DNA of 64,000 bases, taken from an uncultured delta proteobacterium (GTDB lineage Bacteria; Desulfobacterota; Desulfobacteria; Desulfobacterales; JAFDCJ01). The position numbers and the translations under genes were made by a program. Shown here in pieces: positions 51,353 through 61,238 of the stretch (position 1 is the stretch's first letter; every line of letters begins with the position of its first letter). The stretch is taken from assembly GCA_963769935.1 (NCBI GenBank), contig CAVYNY010000013.1, forward strand, positions 128,001 to 192,000, read 5' to 3'. The notes under the pieces were generated by a model that had not been told where the DNA came from, did not search any database, and saw only the letters and a program-made list of their open reading frames with translations.

Positions 51353-51936
51353 AAATTGTCAAAAATATACGTATCCTCTGCATCTTTCTGTTTGCGGGCA
51401 CCACCGCTTTCCACTTATTCGAAACTGCGGCCCTGGCGGCTGAAAGCGGAAGCAGCTGGCGTTCGAATTTCGATCTGATTATGATGTGGCTGAATTTCGC
51501 GATCCTGGCAATCGTGCTGATCAAATACGCCAAAAATCCGATCAAGGGGTTTTTCCGGGACCAGAAGGAAAGCATTGCCAAAGCCATAAGCGATATTGAA
51601 GCGCAAAAAGAAGCCAATGACATCGAAATCCGTAAGGCCCAGCAATTAATGCAGGAAAGCAGTGCTCGTTTTGAAGAAATAAGGGGAAAAATTATCGCCG
51701 AAGGTGAACGCAAGAAACAAGCCATCATCGAAGGCGCCCAGCGGGAAAGCAGACTGATGATCGAACATGCCGAGTTTTGGATAGAGCGCCACATCCAGCA
51801 GGCCAAAGAAAGGCTCAGATCCGAATTGATAGACGAATCCATTGAGCAGGCCCTGCAGCGGCTGCCGCAGGTGCTTACCCCGGAAGACAACCGGAAATTC
51901 ATAAGCCGCTACCTGACCGAGATCAAGACGCCTTGA
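51349..51936 (+). CDS. atpF: Fo subunit b
   Basis: MWLNFAILAIVLIKYAKNPIKGFF, then coiled coil. Confidence 0.88.
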   Translation: MKIVKNIRILCIFLFAGTTAFHLFETAALAAESGSSWRSNFDLIMMWLNFAILAIVLIKYAKNPIKGFFRDQKESIAKAISDIEAQKEANDIEIRKAQQLMQESSARFEEIRGKIIAEGERKKQAIIEGAQRESRLMIEHAEFWIERHIQQAKERLRSELIDESIEQALQRLPQVLTPEDNRKFISRYLTEIKTP

Positions 51937-51956
51937 CCAAGTAAAGAACAAATACG

Positions 51957-52650
51957 ATGGCTAAAGAAAAAATTTCAATCAAACAGTTTGTCGGCAACCA
52001 GGTGAAGAAGTGGGAGCGGATGTACTCCCAGGCGGCGAAGACAAGCCGAACCGCGCCTGCCGACCATAACCCTTAATATGGAACCCGGCAGCGGCGGCAG
52101 CATCCTGGCGCAAAAAATAGCGGATCGACTGGATTTCGACCTCTTTAATCGGGAAATAGTTGAAGCGATAGCCAAAAGTTCCGAAATCAGAGAAACCGTT
52201 ATTGAAACCTTGGAAAAAGACCGTCTGTCCGGGATGGAAGATTTCATCGCCTCCCTGGTCAAGGATTATTACATCCATCCCGATCTTTATCTCGAGCATC
52301 TTCTCAAAGTCATCAACACGATTGCCAAGCACGGTCGGGCGGTGATCGTCGGCCGGGGCGCCAATTTTATCCTGCCGGCGCATGAAATATTTTCCGTACG
52401 CGTCATAGCGCCTCTGGAAATCAGGATCCGCAACGTGGCCCTCAATTACAAGGTTGCTGAAGAGGAAGCCAAGCGGCGGATCATCCAGCGGGAATCGCGC
52501 CGCAAAGCTTTTGTAAGACATTCCTTCAATGCCGATATATCCGATCCCCTCCATTACGACATGGTCATCAACACCGGCAAGATGAATATTGACGCCGCCG
52601 TGGAGGCGGTTATCGCGGCCGTTATGGCCTCCCTGGTGGGCAATCCTTAA
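51957..52650 (+). CDS. Cytidylate kinase-like family protein, apparent frameshift near the 5' end
   Basis: PTITLNMEPGSGG, VIVGRGANF, YDMVINT; upstream MAKEKISIKQFV..KKW is in a different frame. Confidence 0.75.
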
Positions 52651-52668
52651 ATCGAACAAAAATTCCGG

Positions 52669-53556
52669 TTAAGCTTTGCGCTGGATCTTGGGATTCATTT
52701 CTTCTCTGAGCCAGTCGGCAAACAGATTGATGCCCACCACCAGCAAAATCAAGGCGGCCCCCGGAAAGACGATCATCCACCACATGCCGGCGTAAATATA
52801 ATTTTTGCCGATGGAGATCATCATCCCCAGCGAGGGCTCGGTGAGGGGAACGCCGACACCCAGAAAACTCAGGGTCGCCTCCAGCATGATCACCACTGCC
52901 AGATCGACGGCAATCACCACAAAAATCGGCGCCACCGCATTCGGCAGAATATGTTTGGCCAAAAGCCTGAAATCACCGGCCCCGCTGGCCCTGGCCGCCA
53001 GTATATAAGCTTCCTCTTTGACCTGCAGGACGCTGCCGCGCATGGTGCGGGCGTATCGAACCCAGTCGGCAATGCAGATCGCAATAATCACAATAAAGAT
53101 ACTGCTGCGGCCGAAGACACCGAGAAATAAAATCGCCAGGAGCGTGGTGGAAAACGAAAAAACCGTGTCGGCCAATCGCATGGTAACGGCATCCAGCCAA
53201 CCGCCGTAGAAGCCGGCCAGCAGACCGATGACAATTCCAAAGCTTCCGGCGATCAACACAACCCCGAATCCCACGATCAGCGAGGTGCGGCAGCCATAGA
53301 CGATCGTGCTGTAAATCCCGCGCCCCTGATCGTCGGTTCCCAGGATGAACGGCGCCTGCCCCCCCTCGATCCAAATCGGCGGCGTTAAAAAATGCTCCAG
53401 GCTGACCTTTTCCAGGTCATAGGGGTTCTGGGGGGTGATCCAGGGGGCCAGCACGGCCATGGCCAGGAATGCCAGCAGAATAACGCTGCCGGCAATGGCG
53501 GAAGGATCGTTCAGATAGCTGTAAAGCATTCTGGATTTGATGCGGTGCTCAGTCAT
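52669..53556 (-). CDS. Peptide/nickel ABC transporter permease (DppC-like)
   Basis: LGTDDQGR, EAA motif, EATLSFLG. Confidence 0.92.
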   Translation of the reverse strand: MTEHRIKSRMLYSYLNDPSAIAGSVILLAFLAMAVLAPWITPQNPYDLEKVSLEHFLTPPIWIEGGQAPFILGTDDQGRGIYSTIVYGCRTSLIVGFGVVLIAGSFGIVIGLLAGFYGGWLDAVTMRLADTVFSFSTTLLAILFLGVFGRSSIFIVIIAICIADWVRYARTMRGSVLQVKEEAYILAARASGAGDFRLLAKHILPNAVAPIFVVIAVDLAVVIMLEATLSFLGVGVPLTEPSLGMMISIGKNYIYAGMWWMIVFPGAALILLVVGINLFADWLREEMNPKIQRKA

Positions 53557-54514
53557 AGCGAATCTTCGGATTTATGATTCCGTAAAGAATATCGACGACC
53601 ATATTCAGGGTAATAATGATCATCGCGGCCAGCATGATATAGGTGATCACGACCGGCTGATCCGTCTCATAGATCGATGTCAGGAGCAGATTGCCCATCC
53701 CCGGCCATTGGAAGATCGTTTCGGTGACAATCGAAAAGGCGATGACTTCGCCGAACTGAAGGCCGGTGATGGTAATCACGGGAATCAGGGCATTGCGCAG
53801 GGCATGCTTGAAGATCACTTTCAGGGGCGGCAGCCCTTTGGCCCAAGCGGTTTTGATGTACTCTTCGGTCATGACCTCGCGCATGCCGGCCCGGGTCAGC
53901 CGCAGCAGCACGGCCAGCTGATACATGGCCAGGGTCAACGCCGGCAGGATCAGATGCTTGAGGCCGTCCAGGGTCAGGAACCCGCTGCGCCAGAATCCCA
54001 CCTGCACGGTTTCCCCGCGGCCGAAGGGCGGCAGAATCCTCAGATAGACCGCAAAGACCATGATGAGCAAAATTCCCATCAAAAATGTCGGTATGGAAAT
54101 GCCGCCCAAAGACCCGGCCATGATCAGCCGGTTGCGCCAGGCATAGGGCTTCAGGGCCACCAGGACCCCGAGCCCCACGCCGATCACAAAGGCCAGGCAG
54201 ACGGCTGTGGAGGCCAGCTCGAAGGTGGCGGGAAAGCGCTCCAGGATCAGCCCCAGGGCCGGCACCCGCGTAACATAGGACACCCCGAAATGGCCGTGGA
54301 CGGCGTTCCACAAAAACCGCCCGTACTGGACGTACATGGGCTTGTCCAATCCCAGGGCATGCCGCACCTCTTCCCGCTCCTGGAAGGTGGCATATCGTCC
54401 GGCCATGGTGATGACGGGATCCCCCATGTAGCGGAAGATAAAAAAACATATCATCGACGCCGCCAGCAGGACGACAACCCCTTGAAGCAGTCTGCGTGCA
54501 ATGTATGTAACCAT
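53549..54514 (-). CDS. Peptide/nickel ABC transporter permease (DppB-like)
   Basis: LGLDKP, HLILPA, KHALRNALIP, ETIFQWPG. Confidence 0.92.
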   Translation of the reverse strand: MVTYIARRLLQGVVVLLAASMICFFIFRYMGDPVITMAGRYATFQEREEVRHALGLDKPMYVQYGRFLWNAVHGHFGVSYVTRVPALGLILERFPATFELASTAVCLAFVIGVGLGVLVALKPYAWRNRLIMAGSLGGISIPTFLMGILLIMVFAVYLRILPPFGRGETVQVGFWRSGFLTLDGLKHLILPALTLAMYQLAVLLRLTRAGMREVMTEEYIKTAWAKGLPPLKVIFKHALRNALIPVITITGLQFGEVIAFSIVTETIFQWPGMGNLLLTSIYETDQPVVITYIMLAAMIIITLNMVVDILYGIINPKIRYD

Positions 54515-54538
54515 ATACTTAAAGATACCGGTGCAATG

Positions 54539-56074
54539 TTATTTCAGCGAAATTTCCTTGTACACCATCCAGCGATCCGGACGGGGCTGGAAGTCGATCC
54601 CCTTTCCTTTTTGGAGGGCATACAGGTCCACCTGATAGTGCAGGGGGATCCACACGATCTTGTCCACCATGGCCATCTTGTTGAGTTTCTGCAGAACCTG
54701 GCCCCGCTGCTGGGGGTCGATGATGGCAGCGGTGGACTCCAGCAACCGGTCGATTTCAGCATCGCTGTAATCGGCCCCGTTCAGCTCGCCGTAGCCTTTG
54801 GCTTCATCCCGGGTATGGGCCAGCTTAAAATAGGTTCGCCCCATGTCGAAGGTGCCGTCGAACCATCCGATCAGGTAGAATTCCAGCTTGCCCGCACTGA
54901 CTTCCGGGAAAAAGATAGACTTCGGCTTCACGTCCAGCTCGGCTTTGATGCCCACCTTGGCCAGGTATCTGGCCACCGCCTCGGCAATTTTAGCGTCCTG
55001 AATGTAGCGGTCGTTGGGCCCGGTCAGTTTGATATTAAACCCATTGCCGTACCCGGCTTCCTGCAGCAGCTGCTTGGCCATCTCGGGATTATAGGGCAGC
55101 CGTGTCAGTTCGCTGTTGTAGCCGATGGTCGGCGGGTCCGGAATCTGGGCGGCCGGTGCGGCATGGCCCCGCATCACCTTGGCGATAATTTCATCTTCGT
55201 TGATTGCCATATAGATCGCCTTGCGAACCCGGATGTCCGCCATGGGCGAACCGGGCTTATTGCCCAGCGCCAGAAAGATCGAGCGTCGCGCCGGGCGGCT
55301 GATGATTTCCAGTTTGGGATTTTTACGGATCTGCTCGTACAATTCCACCGGCACGCCGGTAGCCAGGTCGACCTGGCCGGAGGCCAAGGCCGCAAAACGG
55401 GTGGAGGACTCCGAAATCGGGCGGATGTCCACCTTTTTGATCGGTGGCGCACCTTCCCAGTAGTCCTCGTTGGCTTCCATTTTGATATAGGAGCCTTTGA
55501 CCCATTCCTCCAGTTTATAGGCCCCGGTGCCGATAGGATGAACCATCACATCACCCGGATCCCGGGACTCGGTGGATTCCTTGTCCATGATGAAAATCTG
55601 GTGCATGTTGTTGGCAAACCAGGGAATCGGTTCCTTGGTCCTGATAATGACGGTGTAGTCATCCGGGGTTTCAATAGACTCAATCGATTTGCCGGTGTTG
55701 ATGAATTCCGAAACTTCCGGATTGCTGAGCCGTTCAAAGGTAAACTTGACGTCGGCCGCCGTAAACGGATTGCCGTTGTGAAACTTGACCCCTTGACGCA
55801 GATAAAACTTCCAGGTCAGCAGGTCCGGGTGCTCCCAGCGCAGCGCCAGGGCCGGTGCCAGAGTGCCGTCGGGACCTTTGCGCTGCAGCATTCCGTCAAA
55901 AAAATTGGCCATGTACTGCAGCCCGGCATCAGAGTCGTCTCCTTGCGGGTTCATCATGCGCGGCGAGTCGTCCTGGGCCACGACGATGGACGAAGCCGCC
56001 AGGGCCGGCGCATCATATCCGGCCAGGATAACCAGCGCCAATAGAATAAACGGCAGTAACTTGATCTTTCTCAT
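54539..56074 (-). CDS. Peptide ABC transporter substrate-binding protein (DppA-like)
   Basis: Signal peptide; LRQGVKFHNG, IGTGAYK; RBS AAAGGAGG. Confidence 0.92.
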   Translation of the reverse strand: MRKIKLLPFILLALVILAGYDAPALAASSIVVAQDDSPRMMNPQGDDSDAGLQYMANFFDGMLQRKGPDGTLAPALALRWEHPDLLTWKFYLRQGVKFHNGNPFTAADVKFTFERLSNPEVSEFINTGKSIESIETPDDYTVIIRTKEPIPWFANNMHQIFIMDKESTESRDPGDVMVHPIGTGAYKLEEWVKGSYIKMEANEDYWEGAPPIKKVDIRPISESSTRFAALASGQVDLATGVPVELYEQIRKNPKLEIISRPARRSIFLALGNKPGSPMADIRVRKAIYMAINEDEIIAKVMRGHAAPAAQIPDPPTIGYNSELTRLPYNPEMAKQLLQEAGYGNGFNIKLTGPNDRYIQDAKIAEAVARYLAKVGIKAELDVKPKSIFFPEVSAGKLEFYLIGWFDGTFDMGRTYFKLAHTRDEAKGYGELNGADYSDAEIDRLLESTAAIIDPQQRGQVLQKLNKMAMVDKIVWIPLHYQVDLYALQKGKGIDFQPRPDRWMVYKEISLK

Positions 56075-56180
56075 TTTTCCCTCCTTTGGTTGATGGTGAG
56101 ACAATTCGGATTACATCCGGCAGATGTGATCCATCAGCAACATTTTTTCCTGATTGAATACCTTGCATCCCCTGCCGGCG

Positions 56181-57143
56181 TCAATACAAATAGCAGGCCA
56201 CGTAATGCCGACCGCCCAGATCTTTCAACACCGGCACCTCTTTGTCGCAAACCTCCATCCGGTGGGGACACCGGGGATGAAAGGAGCAGCCTGGCGGCGG
56301 ATTGATCGGACTGGGCACATCGCCTTTGAGAATGACTCTCTTTTTCCTGGTTTTCGGATCGGGCAGCGGAATGGCCGAAAGCAGTGCCTGGGTATAGGGA
56401 TGTTTGGGGGCGTCATACAGTTCGCGAAAGGAGGCCATCTCCACCACCTTTCCCAGATACATGACCGCGATGCGATCACAGACATGTTCCACCACCCCCA
56501 GATCATGGGCTATGATGATGTATGACAGATTGAAATCCTGCTGCAGGTCGATCAGCAGGTTGATGATCTGGGCCTGGATGGAAACATCCAGGGCCGACAC
56601 GGGTTCATCGCCGATGATAAGCTGCGGGTTAAGGGCCAGGGCCCGGGCAACCCCGATCCGCTGGCGCTGCCCGCCGCTGAATTCGTGCGGATAACGGCGT
56701 CCCTGCTCGGGTGTCAGGCCGACTTTTTCCAGCAGGTATGCGATCCGTTCGCTCCTCTCGCGTCCGGCATAAACATCGTGGATCTCCATGGGATCAGCGA
56801 GGATCTGACTTACCGTCAGGCGGGGGTTGAGGGACGAATATGGATCCTGAAAGATCATCTGGATATTCCGCTTCAGAGACCGCAGCTGGGACTTATTCAT
56901 GCGGGTGACGCTTTGCCCGTTGAACGCAACCTCTCCGCCGGTGGATTCGATCAAACGCATGATCGCCAGCCCGGTGGTGGTCTTGCCGCATCCGCTTTCT
57001 CCCACCAACCCCAGGGTTTCGCCTTTTTGCAGGGTCAAGGATACCCCGTCAACCGCGTAGACGTAGCCGACGGTCTTGGACCACAGACCTTTTTTAATCG
57101 GAAAATGAACTTTTAAGTTATCGACCGTCAGCAGGTTTTGCAA
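56181..57143 (-). CDS. Peptide ABC transporter ATP-binding protein (DppF-like)
   Basis: GESGCGKTT, FSGGQRQR, DEPVSALD, GCSFHPRC. Confidence 0.93.
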   Translation of the reverse strand: MQNLLTVDNLKVHFPIKKGLWSKTVGYVYAVDGVSLTLQKGETLGLVGESGCGKTTTGLAIMRLIESTGGEVAFNGQSVTRMNKSQLRSLKRNIQMIFQDPYSSLNPRLTVSQILADPMEIHDVYAGRERSERIAYLLEKVGLTPEQGRRYPHEFSGGQRQRIGVARALALNPQLIIGDEPVSALDVSIQAQIINLLIDLQQDFNLSYIIIAHDLGVVEHVCDRIAVMYLGKVVEMASFRELYDAPKHPYTQALLSAIPLPDPKTRKKRVILKGDVPSPINPPPGCSFHPRCPHRMEVCDKEVPVLKDLGGRHYVACYLY

Positions 57144-57184
57144 AGCGAATATACCAATTTGTAGGGGAACTAAAAAATAGATTA

Positions 57185-57265
57185 ATCACGAAATCACGAA
57201 AGGACGAAAACACGAAAGGCAGACAAGGCAAATTTCGTGTTTTCCAGATTTCGTGTTTTCGTGAT
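57185..57265. repeat. Octamer inverted-repeat element (CACGAAA.../TTTCGTG)
   Basis: atcacgaaatcacgaaaggacgaaaacacgaaa ... tttcgtgttttcgtgat. Confidence 0.75.
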
Positions 57266-57308
57266 GAAATCCGTGAATCATAAAATTGGAAGAAATCCAT
57301 ATAACCCT

Positions 57309-58307
57309 TTAATATAAAAAGCAGCGAACCCGATGAGATTCGCCGGCTTCGATCAACTCCGGAATGCGCTGGTTGCAGACTTCCATTGCGTGCGGGCACC
57401 TGGGGTAAAACCGGCATCCGGCCGGCAGATCATAAAGGCTGGGAACGATACCCGTTATTTCCTGAAGCCTCCGGCGGCCGGTTCGCGCCCGCTCGCCAAG
57501 CTTGGGAATCGATTTCAACAGTCCCCAGGTATAGGGATGTTTGGGTTCATCAAAAATGGCGACCGTAGGGCCCTCTTCCACCACTTTGCCGGCATACATC
57601 ACCTCAGTCCGCCCGGCGATCTCGGCGATTACTCCCAGGTCGTGGGTGATCATCATGATGGCCGAACCATAGTCTTCCTGCAACTGCATCATCAGGTCAA
57701 GAATCTGGGCCTGGATGGTCACATCCAGCGCGGTGGTGGGCTCGTCCGCGATCAGGATTTCCGGGTTGCAGGCCAGGGCCATGGCGATCATGGCCCGCTG
57801 CCGCATGCCGCCGGAAAGCTGATGGGGGTACTCGTGCACTCTTTTTTCCGGTGCCGGAATCTGGACTTTTTTGAGCATTTCAATGGATCGGTGCCGGCTT
57901 TCGCGCTTGGAGCAATTTTCATGCAGCATGAACATCTCAGAAATTTGATTACCGATGGTATACACCGGGTTGAGCGAGGTCATCGGCTCCTGAAATATCA
58001 TGGAAATTCGATTCCCCCGAATCGATCGCATATCGGCTATGGGCAACCTGGTGATATCGATTCCGTCAAATAGGATCTTGCCGTCTACGATCTTGCCCGG
58101 CGGCTCCGGAATGAGGCGCATGATTGATTGGGCGGTAACACTCTTGCCGCAGCCGGATTCGCCGACAATGCCGAGAACCTCGCCCTTTGCAAGGGTAAAA
58201 CTCACATCATCAACTGCTTTGGCAATGCCTTCAAAGGTGTAAAAGTAGGTCTTAAGCCCTTCAATCTGAAGCAGGTAAGTGGCGCTGGTCATAATATCAT
58301 TTTTCAA
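57309..58307 (-). CDS. Peptide ABC transporter ATP-binding protein (DppD-like); start may be ATG 58292
   Basis: [25 protein letters not shown]. Confidence 0.93.
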   Translation of the reverse strand: MKNDIMTSATYLLQIEGLKTYFYTFEGIAKAVDDVSFTLAKGEVLGIVGESGCGKSVTAQSIMRLIPEPPGKIVDGKILFDGIDITRLPIADMRSIRGNRISMIFQEPMTSLNPVYTIGNQISEMFMLHENCSKRESRHRSIEMLKKVQIPAPEKRVHEYPHQLSGGMRQRAMIAMALACNPEILIADEPTTALDVTIQAQILDLMMQLQEDYGSAIMMITHDLGVIAEIAGRTEVMYAGKVVEEGPTVAIFDEPKHPYTWGLLKSIPKLGERARTGRRRLQEITGIVPSLYDLPAGCRFYPRCPHAMEVCNQRIPELIEAGESHRVRCFLY

Positions 58308-58324
58308 TTTTAGATTGGGCTGAT

Positions 58325-59212
58325 TTATCCATCTTTAACAAACGGTTCCGGAACCCGGCCGACATAGATCAACAGACCGGAAGCGGTGGGAAAGGAAAAA
58401 TATTGCGGTAGAAACTCCGGCTCCGTGTCGAGCACCAGGCGAACCTTGTCCGGGTAGGCCAGGTAGCGAATTTGCTTCACCCATCTGGACGCAACGGGGA
58501 TGATTTGCTCTTTTTCATAAGGACTTTTAAGGTTGTAAATGTCGAAAACGATACGGGCCGGATTTTCAATTGCAAACGATTTGTAATCGCCGATGGTGCC
58601 GTCGGCATTGACATTGACAATAAAATGATCTTTAAGGGATGTCGTCGTAACAGTTTCCAACACAGTTGCGACGGCAGAATCTTTATCAGCCGGGCCGGTT
58701 TCGTTTTCTGCGGCTGCGGGATTAATCGCGGCGTCCGTGTCCGCCCCGCGATGGGTTGTCTTGGGAAAGGAAACCCTGACGCCGTCTTCGTCCGGGGAGA
58801 AGGCGTAAGGCCGCTCTACCTGCAGGACAATTAACAGGCGCGCATCTTTTATATCCCCATCGATAACTTCGTCGGCTTCAAGGGACTTAAAAATTTCATT
58901 ATCCGGCGGGATAAAAATTGTCCGGCCGGCATCGAGGGCGGTATCGGGAAAATACAGCAAAAGTCCGGCCGGAGCAACCTGGTTGACGGCGGTAAAGGTT
59001 AAGGGCCCCTCGCCTTTTATGGTGCAATACCAGGATTTATCGTCTTCGCTGACCCGGATTTCGGTGATGCGCTTGGGCACGGAGGACTTTACCGCGGTGG
59101 ACTGGTTGGAAGGGCAGCCGGTCCAAAGTACAAGCAGGGACGCCGTCAGGACGATTGCCGCAATTGTTGGGCCTGCCTCTGCCGTCTGATAGAAAATGCC
59201 TCGGTTTTTCAT
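58325..59212 (-). CDS. AMIN-domain lipoprotein
   Basis: WTGC lipobox-like; NPARIVFDI and VKQIR..PDKVRLVLD. Confidence 0.75.
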   Translation of the reverse strand: MKNRGIFYQTAEAGPTIAAIVLTASLLVLWTGCPSNQSTAVKSSVPKRITEIRVSEDDKSWYCTIKGEGPLTFTAVNQVAPAGLLLYFPDTALDAGRTIFIPPDNEIFKSLEADEVIDGDIKDARLLIVLQVERPYAFSPDEDGVRVSFPKTTHRGADTDAAINPAAAENETGPADKDSAVATVLETVTTTSLKDHFIVNVNADGTIGDYKSFAIENPARIVFDIYNLKSPYEKEQIIPVASRWVKQIRYLAYPDKVRLVLDTEPEFLPQYFSFPTASGLLIYVGRVPEPFVKDG

Positions 59213-59290
59213 GACTCGTAAACGTACTCCCGGCGCATCCTGTGAATCATCGGTTCAGGCTTTTCATCAATCCTGAGCCTTCCTTTTCGT

Positions 59291-60064
59291 TCAAACCGGC
59301 CGCTTTTCAGGCCAGGGGCTGAGCTGAAACTTGAACGGGTACGCTTTTTTTCTTTCGCGTTTTTGAATGATCACCAAATTACCATCATAGGTTAATATGC
59401 CCAACATAATGGCACAAACCAGGCGGTAAATACTGACTGAGTAGTATCGACTATCCGCCACCGGGTTTGTTTTGAGCGGATCGGCAACCGACACGCTGCG
59501 ATTTTTGCTGTCATAACCGGTCAGAACCACGAAATGGCCCACCGAATCGCCGCGGACGTCGTCATATTTTAATTCGTCGCCATTACCAAATTCGCGGGCG
59601 GAATTATAAAGATAAGTGGCACTCAATCCCGTCAGAATTGGAATCGATTTTTTCAGATAGCGCCGAACCAGAGCCGCCGTCATCACCTCGAACCGCAGCC
59701 GGCCGCCGAGTTCCAGATACTCGAGGTATGCATTGGTAACGACCTCAATTCCCGGAATATGTTTTTTAAAAGTCACTTGACGCTGCAGCTTGACGGCAAT
59801 TTCATTGCTCCGGATGGCAGACCAGGTTGGGTCGAAAATTTGCAGGTTATAGGGAAAAATGGTGGCTTTGTAACCGCGCCGCAGCGCATGACAGGCCAGA
59901 TAGACATCAAGCGTGCCGCCTTCCGCGATGCTGGGAACTTCAGCCGTCACCTTTTGCAGAGGAATCTGATCATTGTAATAACGGTAGATGGCATGCAGAC
60001 ATGTTGGCCCGCAGGTCGTATTGTCCGGCTGCCAGTTTATGTCAAAATGCAGTTTAGAATCCAT
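59291..60064 (-). CDS. Peptidase C39-like family protein
   Basis: QPDNTTCGPTCL, GHFVVLTGY, VADP (Cys-His-Asp). Confidence 0.8.
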   Translation of the reverse strand: MDSKLHFDINWQPDNTTCGPTCLHAIYRYYNDQIPLQKVTAEVPSIAEGGTLDVYLACHALRRGYKATIFPYNLQIFDPTWSAIRSNEIAVKLQRQVTFKKHIPGIEVVTNAYLEYLELGGRLRFEVMTAALVRRYLKKSIPILTGLSATYLYNSAREFGNGDELKYDDVRGDSVGHFVVLTGYDSKNRSVSVADPLKTNPVADSRYYSVSIYRLVCAIMLGILTYDGNLVIIQKRERKKAYPFKFQLSPWPEKRPV

Positions 60065-60410
60065 GGTCGGTTCGCTATGTGTCAGGAATCCCGGCCCTGA
60101 GGGTTCGGCTTTGACTTCATCACCCCAGCTTCCGGCTCGTAGAGCCTACAGCTCGGTGAGAGGGGTGGTGTTGGAAGTCACATAATCCCTGGAATATTGA
60201 AATAGTGGAAAAGATGATGAGCGCAATTGAATTCAAGGGTCCGTGAATACCTGTCCGCTAAAAGATATCTGAAAACTAGGCTAAATGTCAATACTTGTCT
60301 GGCTGGATCAAAATCCCTCTCGTACCATTGGGCGAATCAGCGGAAATGCAGGCGGGACCGCCCCTTTTGCAGCCGAGTGGCCCCGGTTCCTATTGATTAT
60401 GATTTCACGT

Positions 60411-61220
60411 TTATCTTGCAATCGGTATCATGCCATACTTGCGGATAATTTTCTGACCGTCTTCGGAAAAGGTGTAATCGATAAATTTCTTTAAGTTTCC
60501 GGTCGGCTCCCCCTTGGTAACATAATAGAATATCTGATAATAGGGATAATCGGCATCGGTCGGCAACAGGCCGTCGATCTTTAACGTCTTTAACTCCTTG
60601 TGGTGCACGGCAGCCCCCTGGGAGATAAAGGACACGGCGCCACAGGGAAAATGTTTTATCGCTTCGATCACCATGGTGGAATCATAGGCCATAAAATCAT
60701 AGTTAATATCTTTGAGCTTCATTATCTGGCGTCTGAAGTTCTTATGGGCCGCCGTATCCTTGTCCGGTACGACGATCATAATCGGCAGATCGGCGCCACC
60801 GACTTCCTTCCAGTTGGTAATGTCACCTGCGAATATGTCCTGAAGTTGTTCTTCCGTCAAAGTATCAACTCCGCATTCAGCTCTGGCAATCACGGCAATA
60901 GGATCTTGGCAGAAAGGCGTTTCCTTGAAACCGTAAACTTCATGGCGGTTATACAGTTTCCGGGCACTGCTGGCGATATCACAATTGCCGGTCGTCAGGC
61001 GATAGGCGCAGGAACCGGAGGAAGCGGTCTTCACATCCACCTGGATGCCGGTCGCCTCGGTAAATGCTGCTATTTTTTCCTTTTCAAAGGCCGCATACAC
61101 TTGATTGGAACAACTGTACTTCAATACATCCTGGGCCGCGGCCTTGATCGCGGGCGCAGCAATCCAGGCCCCTGCCAGAAGAGATATCAACGCAATTTTT
61201 AAAAAAGATTTGAGTTTCAT
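60411..61220 (-). CDS. PstS-like periplasmic substrate-binding protein
   Basis: Signal peptide; DIASSAR, IFAGDITNWKEVGG, YPY. Confidence 0.8.
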   Translation of the reverse strand: MKLKSFLKIALISLLAGAWIAAPAIKAAAQDVLKYSCSNQVYAAFEKEKIAAFTEATGIQVDVKTASSGSCAYRLTTGNCDIASSARKLYNRHEVYGFKETPFCQDPIAVIARAECGVDTLTEEQLQDIFAGDITNWKEVGGADLPIMIVVPDKDTAAHKNFRRQIMKLKDINYDFMAYDSTMVIEAIKHFPCGAVSFISQGAAVHHKELKTLKIDGLLPTDADYPYYQIFYYVTKGEPTGNLKKFIDYTFSEDGQKIIRKYGMIPIAR

Positions 61221-61238
61221 TTTTTCCCTCCTTGCTTT

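Noticed and set aside
48060..51936. Classifying the atp cluster as an N-ATPase
   Set aside because: N-ATPase operons include atpD/C/A/G and a single long b; here there are two b-type genes and no F1 genes
53537..56044. 835-aa + strand ORF
   Set aside because: Antisense shadow of the GC-rich dppA/dppB-like genes; no motifs
59291..60064. C39-like peptidase as part of a RiPP cluster
   Set aside because: No precursor, ATP-grasp or other modifying enzyme, or exporter nearby
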